From NCBI GenBank assembly GCA_963829235.1, contig CAWHIF010000007.1, positions 67,723 through 131,722 of the forward strand: 64,000 bases of DNA. The letters run 5' to 3'. Shown in pieces: positions 27,801 through 35,060 of the stretch. The notes under the pieces were generated by a model, which saw nothing but the letters and a program-made list of their open reading frames with translations, was not told where the DNA came from and did no database searches. The stretch is from an uncultured Acidimicrobiaceae bacterium (GTDB lineage Bacteria > Actinomycetota > Acidimicrobiia > Acidimicrobiales > RAAP-2). Position 1 is the first letter of the stretch. Every line of letters begins with the position of its first letter. A program made the translations under genes and the position numbers.

Positions 27801-28639
27801 TGTCGGCCCGCGTGCGGGTCACCGACGGCCACGGCACGCCCACCTTCGACCTGGCCGGCATGGCCGCCTCGGGCACCACCTGTGCCAACGCCGGGTCGGG
27901 CAAGCTGACCTGTTCCATCGGGACCCTGGCCGCCGGGGCCGCTGACACCCTCGACGTGCTGGTGGACACCAACGGTCTCCCCGACGGCGCCACCATCACC
28001 GGCTCGGCCACGGTGACCTCGTCCAATGCCGGGACCCAGGCCACCACCCTCGGGGCCATCGGGGTGGTGGTGGTCGAGGGCGGCGACGGCACGAAGGCGG
28101 TGGCCGCCCCCGGGATCGCCCTCGTGAGCACCAAGGCCACCCTGAAGAAGGCCAAGGCCTCGGTGTCGCTCACCCTGCCCAAGGCCAAGATCAAGGTCAA
28201 AAAGAGGGTGGGGGAGGTCGGTGGGACCGGCCCCTCCGCCTCGGGCACCATCACCATCAGCCCCCCGCCGGTGGCGGTGACCCTCGAGTCGCTGTCCCCC
28301 TCGGCCGAGCCGGCCCTGTGCCCGCCCACCGGGTCGACCAAGTGCGAGGGCAACATCATCCAGGTGTTCGGCAACTTCTCGCTCTACACCAGCAAGCTCA
28401 ACCCCATCGTGGCCACGGTCAAGTTCTTCTACGGCACGAAGGTCCCGGCCGGCACGGTCTACTTCTTGAAGCCCAACGGCAAGACCGTGGACAAGCTGTC
28501 CACCTGCAAGAAGACGGCCAGCGGCTACGACACCCCGTGCCTGTCCGGCGCCGAGAAGGACCTCGGGACCACCGGCAACAAGTACGCCGAGGACACCGTC
28601 TACTTCACCGGGAACGACCCGGCCATGGGGCGCCGCTGA
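24839..28639 (+). CDS. large secreted beta-helix surface protein (Pmp/choice-of-anchor-Q-like repeats, triple about 125-aa repeat, DUF11-like module)
   Basis: The signal peptide ends in AQEAGAA. The N-terminal part reads TVTNCSGDPGTAGSLPNEIAGAGAGDTIVF and carries GGGAIDNSG..LTVTSSTLSGNSA repeats ending in NNGGPTQTVAL...DQRG...CDAGAYD. Three about 125-aa repeats span 26081-27170. The DUF11-like stretch reads TIANTSRASVTGL...TLDVLVD. Confidence 0.9.
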   Translation: MSALAGTNHPRRRLASSLCAVGLLLTGVLSLSAVVLPAQEAGAATDTVTNCSGDPGTAGSLPNEIAGAGAGDTIVFSLSCSTITLTSTIVISQDLTINGPGQTSLAVDGGGTTEPFQVSSGTVSISGLTIQNGSGTDGGGIENSGNLTVSNSSLASNSATGGGGAIDNSGGGTLTVTSSTLSGNSAGTGGGAIDNSGSGTLTVTSSTLSGNSAGTDGGAIDNLGTVTVEESTLSGNTAGNYGGGIESNDATMTVDSSTVSGNSAISDGGGVDIEDDDAHGMSTIDNSTVTSNGAPFGGGIQDDQGPLTIGATIVAESTPDTDCAVNASVTDQGYNIDDDGTCAFTGPGNNSGTLDGTLGSLANNGGPTQTVALEPGSPASGLVTAALCPATDQRGVTIITTPCDAGAYDTNGASISSVTVTGSLAAPTVTISGTGFGSESELGSATPPPGCPTTGSDYDNFYYFSFSDVTAGWQAGQGGNCTGVSISGYSGTGITFTFGSGYGNDYNSNEFGSLGYGDSFQMSVLGDTYNGSIAPFSPTPTITSVTITGTLATPTVTVSGSGFGMQSDLLPPVPAGCSNTGSDYDNNFYLTDGWGAGEGIVGPEDCTGVFVSSYTSNQITFTFGNGYGSGNGEYGGLSPGDSFQMHVLGATYDGTVPVLPPSIDGVTFGGNPTNPTVTVSGSGFGALADLGTAAPSGNGGSDYGNNFYFSDNSSGAFGAWQAGQAGDTIGLVISVYSDDQITFTFDGDYSVFGPVSDGDSFSVRLFGVTYNGTASLGTGYTCAGFGSTSFPVVVSESPAPPASIDDGGTFQTAPAAQLTIPATVINDFIGDGATSLTIASQTTAIDGLNAVGGSPSGAVDPSTESGSASNLPLSHTLAADTPFTYDTSYNPVTFQTGPGTGQVFLTPGAISAEVTLVIGGTPTPESISCTPPSGVAALGTTTVNAPAAAPTFQVPPSTPPLQNQVSAGTDGGWGATIANTSRASVTGLSARVRVTDGHGTPTFDLAGMAASGTTCANAGSGKLTCSIGTLAAGAADTLDVLVDTNGLPDGATITGSATVTSSNAGTQATTLGAIGVVVVEGGDGTKAVAAPGIALVSTKATLKKAKASVSLTLPKAKIKVKKRVGEVGGTGPSASGTITISPPPVAVTLESLSPSAEPALCPPTGSTKCEGNIIQVFGNFSLYTSKLNPIVATVKFFYGTKVPAGTVYFLKPNGKTVDKLSTCKKTASGYDTPCLSGAEKDLGTTGNKYAEDTVYFTGNDPAMGRR
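25331..25492 (+). repeat. two near-identical 81-bp (27-codon) tandem units inside the beta-helix region
   Basis: The unit gccatcgacaacagcggc(g/a)gcggaaccct(g/t)actgtgaccagctcaacgctgtcggggaactc... starts at 25331 and 25412. A third, divergent unit starts at 25493. The first about 65 nt of the two copies differ at only about 4 positions. Confidence 0.85.
26081..27170 (+). repeat. three tandem about 125-aa protein repeats of unrecognised family
   Basis: The repeats start at about 26081, 26462 and 26825. The shared pattern is (I)xxVT(V/I/F)xGxxxxPTVT(I/V)SG(T/S)GFG...GSDY(D/G)NxFY(F/L)...(W)xAGxxG...C/ITGVxxSxYxxxxITFTFxxxYG...GDSFxxxxxGxTYNG. Confidence 0.8.
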
Positions 28640-28781
28640 GGGAACCCCGGCCCCGGACCGGCCCAGGTGGGTCGATTGGCTGATCCGGGCACCTCGGGTG
28701 GGGTACCAGGGACGCGCCGGATCGGGAGACGGTAGCAGACACCCGAGAACCGTTTCCCGACCTGCGGGCAATACTCAGTCG

Positions 28782-29405
28782 ATGGGGAAGAACCAGGAGG
28801 CGGGCGGAACCGACGCTCAGCATATCGAGCGGTCTCTGTTGGACCCCGACGCGTTCGCCATCCTCTTCGATCGGCACGCAGTGCCTTTGCACCGCTACAT
28901 CGTCAGCAGGGTCGGTCGCCGTGACGCCGCAGATCTCGTCGGCGAAACATTTTCGACCGCGTTCCGTTCCCGGAGGTCATACGACCTGGAGCGATCTGAC
29001 GCCCGCCCATGGCTCTTCGGTATCGCGACAAACATCTCCCATCACTACTGGCGCACCGAGGGTCGCAGGGCCCGGAGCGAGGGGGCGGTCTCCCCCGGCA
29101 GCGACGTTGACGACCAAGGAGAGCAGGTTCTCGCCAGGATCTTCTTCGAAAGCCTGCGCGCACCCATCGGCAGGGCACTGGGCCAGATCGATGGCGCCGC
29201 GCTCGACGTCCTGCTTCTGGTGGCCGGACCGGAGCTCAGTTATGAAGAGGTCGCAACCGCCCTTGGCATTCCCATCGGCACCGTCCGGTCGCGCTTGTCC
29301 CGCGCCCGAAGGCAGCTTCGAGAACTTCTTGGCGACTCCGGGCAATACCTGGATGAACTGTCGTCAGTCGAACGGGCTCCGATGGCAAAGAGGGGTTCAC
29401 CATGA
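28782..29405 (+). CDS. ECF-type RNA polymerase sigma factor
   Basis: Region 2 reads FAILFDRHAVPLHRYIVSRVGRRDAADLVGETFSTAF...ARPWLFGIATN. Region 4 reads LSYEEVATALGIPIGTVRSRLSRARRQL. ATG 28782 was chosen within ORF 28698..29405. Confidence 0.88.
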   Translation: MGKNQEAGGTDAQHIERSLLDPDAFAILFDRHAVPLHRYIVSRVGRRDAADLVGETFSTAFRSRRSYDLERSDARPWLFGIATNISHHYWRTEGRRARSEGAVSPGSDVDDQGEQVLARIFFESLRAPIGRALGQIDGAALDVLLLVAGPELSYEEVATALGIPIGTVRSRLSRARRQLRELLGDSGQYLDELSSVERAPMAKRGSP

Positions 29406-30775
29406 GCACCGAACTGGATTTGGTCCACGACCTCATGAGAGACGTGGAGATACAAGAGGACGAGATGTTGTCTGCTCGTTCAATTCTCGACGCCGCAATC
29501 AGAGTGGAGGTCGATGGGCGCGATCGAGCCGAGACGGAACCGGAGCCCCGACGGGCGAGACCCCGAACGTCAGGTCGCATTGCCCGTTGGTCGATCGGAG
29601 TTGCAGCCGTCGCGGCGGCATTTCTCCTGGTGCTCGAGCTTATCCCGGCGTCGAAGTCCACCGCCCGCCTGTCAGTTGCTGCGGCCCAGCTGTCCCGACT
29701 GGTCGACTCGGTCAAGCCACTCCCCCCGCTCCGCGCCGGACAGTGGTCGTCATATCAGCTTCACGGGGACCTGACGGCAACGGTTGACATCGGCACCACT
29801 CCCCCAACGGACGCCGCTGCGTCCATCCCGATCGGGGTTACCGAGTGGTCGAACTCGACCGGCGCGTCATGCACGTCACAGCAACTGGGCACGGCCTCGT
29901 TCGCCAACCCCGCGAATGCCCAGGCATGGCACGCGATGGGTCTGATCGACACGCCGGCCAACCAACCGGCAACCGGCTGCGACGGCGACACCGGACCCCT
30001 CGCCGATACCGGGGCCACGCTGCCGGCCATCGACGGGTCGAGCATTACTCACAGCCCGTCGACCCTCGTGGCGCAGCTGGAAGCAGGAACCACGGGAATC
30101 TCACGGATCGACAGTGTCGGTGGCGGGGATCCCTCCCAAGAGGGAGCCTTCATCCGGCTGACCTACCTTCTTGTCGGCCCGATCACCGGAAGCTGGCCCG
30201 GGCTGGGCCAGGAGCTTCTCGAGGCCATGGCCCATCTTCCCGGGGTGGTGGCGCTGGGAAAGAGTACCTCCCACTCAGGACGGCAAGGCCTGGCCTTCAC
30301 CTCCCGATCTCAGCCGGGCGCGGTACTGCCGGTTGTGGTGCTCGACCCGAATTCCGGCTCGCTGCTCGAGGCCCGCGATCTGAACATGTCGGTACTCACT
30401 TCGGAGGCGGAGGATTTCATCGGGGGCTCGTCGTCGCCACTGTTCACCTACGGCGGGGGTTACGGACTCACCGCACAGTGGATCGACCCGATTGCACCTC
30501 CTGCGGTCGTCGGACAAGCCTCGTTGCCCAACTGGATCGACAACATCCATATCGTCGACGCAGTGGCCAAACCGACCACGACCCAGGCGGAAGTCTCGCC
30601 CGTCGTGCAGCCGTTTTTGGCTGCGGGGGACACCTTTGCGGCTGCGGGGGAAGGTATGGGTGGCAGGGTGCTCGGGTACGACATCACCGTTGTGGGTACC
30701 ACGGCCGACGAAGCCGCTGTCGTTGAAGCGCTGACATCCTCCGGTCTGTTCGAGAGCGTGACGGTCAGGATGTGA
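29402..30775 (+). CDS. membrane-anchored putative anti-sigma factor / ECF-associated extracytoplasmic protein
   Basis: It shares an ATGA overlap with the ECF gene. It has a short cytoplasmic N-terminus, one TM helix (WSIGVAAVAAAFLLVLELI) and an extracytoplasmic domain of about 370 aa. It resembles the ECF-adjacent actinobacterial proteins I know as the CU044_5270 type. That family call is tentative. Confidence 0.7.
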   Translation: MSTELDLVHDLMRDVEIQEDEMLSARSILDAAIRVEVDGRDRAETEPEPRRARPRTSGRIARWSIGVAAVAAAFLLVLELIPASKSTARLSVAAAQLSRLVDSVKPLPPLRAGQWSSYQLHGDLTATVDIGTTPPTDAAASIPIGVTEWSNSTGASCTSQQLGTASFANPANAQAWHAMGLIDTPANQPATGCDGDTGPLADTGATLPAIDGSSITHSPSTLVAQLEAGTTGISRIDSVGGGDPSQEGAFIRLTYLLVGPITGSWPGLGQELLEAMAHLPGVVALGKSTSHSGRQGLAFTSRSQPGAVLPVVVLDPNSGSLLEARDLNMSVLTSEAEDFIGGSSSPLFTYGGGYGLTAQWIDPIAPPAVVGQASLPNWIDNIHIVDAVAKPTTTQAEVSPVVQPFLAAGDTFAAAGEGMGGRVLGYDITVVGTTADEAAVVEALTSSGLFESVTVRM

Positions 30776-30839
30776 ACCGATACGGTTGTGGCCAGCGCGA
30801 GTGTGTGGCATCGGGACGTCGGCGAACACAGGGAATGTC

Positions 30840-32480
30840 GTGACCTCGGTGGAGCGGATCAATCCACGCCAAGACGACACCCGGAACCGTCGCCGTCTGG
30901 TGGGCCGGAGCGTCCTGATCGGCTTGTCCGTCCTGGGTGTCTTGTCCCTCGGGGGCGTGGCCTACGCCTACTACATCACCCACGATCTCAACCGGGTCAC
31001 GGTCAGGGGACTGCACGGTCCACTGACAACCGGATCTGAGGCCGGAAGCGAGAACATTCTGATGATGGGCTCCACCTCACGGTGTGCCCTCACCGTCCAG
31101 AACCCGGCGTACGGCTTGTGCTCCCAAGGGGTGAACGGTGTCAACAGCGACGTGATCATGATCCTCCACGCCGATCCGACAACCCATCAGTTGGCGCTCC
31201 TGTCCATCCCGCGGGATCTGTTCATCCCGAACGCCCGCGCCGAAGGGGCCAACAAGATCGATGCCGGCCTGTACGAGGGCCCGACCCAGTTGGTGGCAGC
31301 CATCGAAGAGGACTTCGGGATTCCCATTCAACACACCGTCGAGGTCAACTTCGATCAGTTCGCCAACGTGGTCACCGCACTGGGCGGTATCAACATGCGA
31401 TTTCCGATGTCGGTGTTCGATGCCAACTCGGGTTTGAACGTGCAGGCGGCGCCCTGTGTCCACCTCGACGGCACCCAGGCCCTCCAGGTGGTCCGGGCCC
31501 GTGAGCTCCAGTACGACGACGACCCGAGCACCGACGGCACTGACGCCGAGCTCTGGCCCAAGGAAGGCCTGAGCGACCTGGCCCGGATCCGCCGGGACCA
31601 CGAGTTTCTCCGCGTGCTGGCAACTGCCGTGTCCAAGAAGGGGCTCGGAAACCCGATCACCGATGTCGACCTCATCAACTCGGTCAAGAGCGACCTGACC
31701 TTCGACACCGACTGGCCGGTCAGCGACATGGAAAACCTGGTGCTCAACTTCCACTCCGTGGACATCGACTCGGTGCCGCAGCTGACCTTGCCGGTGTCCG
31801 TGGTCTACGACCCCGATGGGCCGCCGAACACCGGGGACTACGAGTATGAAGGAAGTGCGGGCTTCGGCTACGGCGATGTGGAATTCCCATCAGAGGCACA
31901 GGATCAATCCGCCATCGACCAGGTCCTCGACATCAAGGCGAAGACCGACTCCATGACCGGGAAGCCGCTGCCGTCGCCGGCGACGGTGACCGTTTCGGTG
32001 CAGAACGGTACCGGCACGTACGACCAGGCCACCGATACAGCCTCTGCGCTGGCAGGCCTCGGGTTCAAGGCAACTGCGGCGGGAGACGTCACTCCGGTGG
32101 GCGATCTGTCCGAGACCGTCGTCTCTTACGGCTCTCGGGCTCCGGCTGCAGAGGCCGCCGCTGAAGCGGTGACCCGCTCGATGTCAGGAGCGGTGATCAT
32201 GGCCTATGACCCCAGCCAGGTTACGGCAGGGGCCGAGGTGACCGTGGTGACGGGAACTCAGTTCGCGGTGAACACGGCCCCGCCCGTCACCCCGACGTCG
32301 ACACCGACGACCGGTGCCGGCAGCGCCACCTCGACGACTCCATCCGCCACATCGACAACGACCACGACCAACCCGAACATTGCCGAACCGTCGGCCAGCA
32401 ACGCCCGACCTCAGCCCTGGGACCCCCGGGCGTGTTCCGCCGGAACCACGCCGACCGCACCGGTGGCGAACCAGACGTAG
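30840..32480 (+). CDS. LCP (LytR-CpsA-Psr) family protein with a LytR_C-like domain and Thr/Pro-rich tail
   Basis: It has one TM helix. The LCP core reads ENILMMGSTS...NSDVIMILH...LLSIPRDL...IDAGLYEGPTQLVAAIEEDFGIPIQHTVEVNF..F.NVVTALGGINM. The LytR_C-like part reads TVSVQNGTGTYDQATDTASALAGLGF. The start is uncertain: GTG 30840 or TTG 30786. Confidence 0.9.
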   Translation: MTSVERINPRQDDTRNRRRLVGRSVLIGLSVLGVLSLGGVAYAYYITHDLNRVTVRGLHGPLTTGSEAGSENILMMGSTSRCALTVQNPAYGLCSQGVNGVNSDVIMILHADPTTHQLALLSIPRDLFIPNARAEGANKIDAGLYEGPTQLVAAIEEDFGIPIQHTVEVNFDQFANVVTALGGINMRFPMSVFDANSGLNVQAAPCVHLDGTQALQVVRARELQYDDDPSTDGTDAELWPKEGLSDLARIRRDHEFLRVLATAVSKKGLGNPITDVDLINSVKSDLTFDTDWPVSDMENLVLNFHSVDIDSVPQLTLPVSVVYDPDGPPNTGDYEYEGSAGFGYGDVEFPSEAQDQSAIDQVLDIKAKTDSMTGKPLPSPATVTVSVQNGTGTYDQATDTASALAGLGFKATAAGDVTPVGDLSETVVSYGSRAPAAEAAAEAVTRSMSGAVIMAYDPSQVTAGAEVTVVTGTQFAVNTAPPVTPTSTPTTGAGSATSTTPSATSTTTTTNPNIAEPSASNARPQPWDPRACSAGTTPTAPVANQT

Positions 32481-32538
32481 CCTCCAGGACGGGCGGAGGG
32501 ATGAACCGGAGAGGGCAGAACCGTTGTCAATGGCCCTG

Positions 32539-34176
32539 TCACTCCCCACCAGACGCCGTACACGCACGAGGATCCCAGGGCGATAAGGGCTCGACCGAGG
32601 AGGTCGGCGCGCTGAACTCCTGACTGGAAGGAGAAGGAATGGTGGTAGTGGTGGACGGAGTGCTCGCGGTGGTGGTGCTCGAGCCAGCACCCGGAGTCGT
32701 CGTCGTGGTGGCAGGCGTGGCCGGAGGGTTCACCGAATAGTCAGTACCCGTTGTGACCGTGACCTGGGCTCCGTCTGTTGTCGGCCCGTAGGCAAGGATC
32801 ACCGCGCCTGACATCGAATCAGCAACGGCCTGGGCTGCCGCCTCATCCGTCGGGGTCAACTGATCGTAGGTCACCAGTGTTTCGGCTTGTTGGCCCACGG
32901 GCTGGGTATCGCCGGTCCCCACGACATGGAAACCGAGCTCGCCAAGTCCCAAGGCGGTGATACCGGCTTGGTTGTACACGTCGGAGCCGTCGAGCACCGA
33001 AACCGTCACACTGCTCGGCGCCGGTAGCGGTCCCCCGCTCATGGTGTCCGTCGTCGGCGCCACCCCGAGGAACTGGTCGACTACCTGCTTGTCCTCGGGC
33101 TGGATGGGGAACTCGATGTCTCCATAGTCGCTCCCGTCATAGTAGTAGTCGCCGAACTGGTCGACCTGGACCGGCAGCGTCAGTTGCGGCGCGTTCTGAA
33201 TGTTGACCCCGTGGTAGGTGAGAACCAGGCTCACCATGTCCGAAAGATTGAATCCGCTATCCACGGTCAGTTGGCCGACGACCCCGGAGACGAGTTGCTC
33301 ATCGGTGATGGGATTGCCGAGGCCGCGTTTGGACACTGCGGTTGCCAGGACCCGGAGGAACTCGTGATCCCGTTGAATGCGGGCCAGGTCGCTCTGCGCC
33401 TCCTGAGGCCAGTCGCTCGGATTCGGATCGGTGTCCCCCGGAGGCTGATACTGCAGATGGCGGGCCCGGACCACCTGGAGCGCCTGCCATCCGTTGAGGT
33501 AGCGGCAACCGGTGGTGGTGACGTCGAGGTCCGAGTATGAATCGAACACGGGCTCGGGAAAGTCCATGTAGATCCCACCGAGCGCGTTGACTATGTTGCC
33601 GAAGCTGTCGAAGTTCAGCTCGACATAGTGCTGAATGGGGATTCCGAAGTCCTCCTCGACAGCTGCGACGAGTTGGCTCGGTCCCTCCTCGAGAGCGGCG
33701 TCGATCTTGTAGGCGCCCTCAACCCGAGCATTGGGGATGAACAGGTCACGGGGAATCGAGAGGATGGACACGCTCGGGATATTCGGATTGAGGTGGAGCA
33801 CCATGACGACGTCGCTGTTGACACCGTCGACGCCCTGAGAGCACAGCCCGTACGCGGTGGCTTGCACCGCGAGGGCGCAGCGGGAGGTCGAGCCGACCAG
33901 GAGGATGTTCTCGGTCCCGAGGTCGGCTCCTTTGACAGGGGCCTTGGCGAGCCCCTTGACTGCGATCCGGGTGATCTTGTGATTGAGGTACCACGCATAG
34001 CCGGCCCCACTGGCAGCCAGTACCACGACGAGCGCGGCGACGATGATCAGAGCCCGCTTGGTTTTCTTGAAGCGCCGGGGCTTGGCATCGTCGGCACGAC
34101 CGGCGGTTCCGGCAGCCAGGGCGTCTTCCGGGCCATCGACATCGAGAGGATCCGGGTCGGGCTCCGAACGGGCCAT
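32539..34176 (-). CDS. LCP (LytR-CpsA-Psr) family protein, convergent paralogue of 30840..32480
   Basis: It has the same architecture and many identical blocks (GSTSRCAL, AYGLCSQGVDGVNSDV, SIPRDLFIPNARVEGA, SDLARIQRDHEFLRVLATAVSKRGLGNPITD). It ends with the same PWDPRAC motif. Confidence 0.9.
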   Translation of the reverse strand: MARSEPDPDPLDVDGPEDALAAGTAGRADDAKPRRFKKTKRALIIVAALVVVLAASGAGYAWYLNHKITRIAVKGLAKAPVKGADLGTENILLVGSTSRCALAVQATAYGLCSQGVDGVNSDVVMVLHLNPNIPSVSILSIPRDLFIPNARVEGAYKIDAALEEGPSQLVAAVEEDFGIPIQHYVELNFDSFGNIVNALGGIYMDFPEPVFDSYSDLDVTTTGCRYLNGWQALQVVRARHLQYQPPGDTDPNPSDWPQEAQSDLARIQRDHEFLRVLATAVSKRGLGNPITDEQLVSGVVGQLTVDSGFNLSDMVSLVLTYHGVNIQNAPQLTLPVQVDQFGDYYYDGSDYGDIEFPIQPEDKQVVDQFLGVAPTTDTMSGGPLPAPSSVTVSVLDGSDVYNQAGITALGLGELGFHVVGTGDTQPVGQQAETLVTYDQLTPTDEAAAQAVADSMSGAVILAYGPTTDGAQVTVTTGTDYSVNPPATPATTTTTPGAGSSTTTASTPSTTTTIPSPSSQEFSAPTSSVEPLSPWDPRACTASGGE

Positions 34177-34385
34177 GAGCGACGGTATCAGTATTGGCCA
34201 CTGTCCAGTGGGCCCTTTCCCAACCGCCTCTGAACTGGCCTTCCGTCAGCCGGCCCAATACCACCTCGAGAGGGCGAACGGGCTCGAGGCACTGGCTCGG
34301 GCCTTCTCCGTAACCTCTCGATGTCGATTCCGTCGGAGGAGGTGCGACCCTGTTCGCGCCCTGGATCCACCCTCAGGAACATGGC

Positions 34386-34558
34386 TCACCACTCGACGCC
34401 GGTCGAGACACAGAATTCGTTGTTCTCAGGATCCGCCATCGTCACCCAGCGAGTCGGGCCGAAGCTCCGGCGGCCATCGTGGAGCCGCCGTGCGCCGAGC
34501 GCCTCCAGCCGGTTCACCTCGACCTCTCCAGCGTCGCTCTTCGAACCATTCCCCACCT
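34386..34558 (-). pseudogene. C-terminal relic of a VOC/glyoxalase-like protein
   Basis: The minus-strand frame reads ...SKSDAGEVEVNRLEALGARRLHDGRRSFGPTRWVTMADPENNEFCVSTGVEW with a stop at 34386-88. This is the typical Glyoxalase_6-type ending (xxRLxxLGA...WxVMADPEGNEFCV). An in-frame TAG lies at 34559-61, and no N-terminal half is present in that frame. Confidence 0.55.
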
Positions 34559-35060
34559 CCTTATGGCACTACCCGGTGCACCAGACTCTCTCTCACCGAC
34601 AGATGCCCGAAGCGCCAGCCCGGGAGCGGAACTGCCAACCCCGTGCGCCTGTGGACTCGAGTATCCGATCGAGATCGTTCCCGCCTGTTTGCCCGCCCGT
34701 GCGGGAGATCGGCTCGCCCGTCGGCCCGACGAACGGTAGCTGGATCAGCCCCCGCCGGCCGCTGCCACGGCGGTCACAGCGGACCAACCGCTCGGGGCTC
34801 CGAGGTTCGCTTCGGTGTAGCCGACTGGGCCGGCGTGGTGCAGACGAAGTAGATAGACCCTTGTGCCGAACAGTCGACCCGTGCGACGATTGACAGAGCA
34901 GCACGGATCGCACCGAACCACGTTCACATTCCCAAAGAGTGACGGGAACGCCTCTCGAGAGTGCGAGCCTCGAACATTTGGGACTTTGGGTACTTGAAAC
35001 GGTCCGCACGGTGGCCGCGCGGTGGAGATCTCGGGCAGGAGTGCGGTGGAAGGGGCTTCG

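Noticed and set aside
28640-28781. ECF-type autoregulatory promoter (GGAAC-N16/17-CGT) upstream of the ECF sigma gene
   Set aside because: GGGAAC at 28641 and GAGAAC at 28744 lack a properly spaced CGT(C/T) -10 element, so I could not support a call.
32481-32538. Bidirectional terminator between the convergent LCP genes (CCTCC...GGAGG)
   Set aside because: The stem is only 5 bp with no U/A tracts, which is too weak to call.
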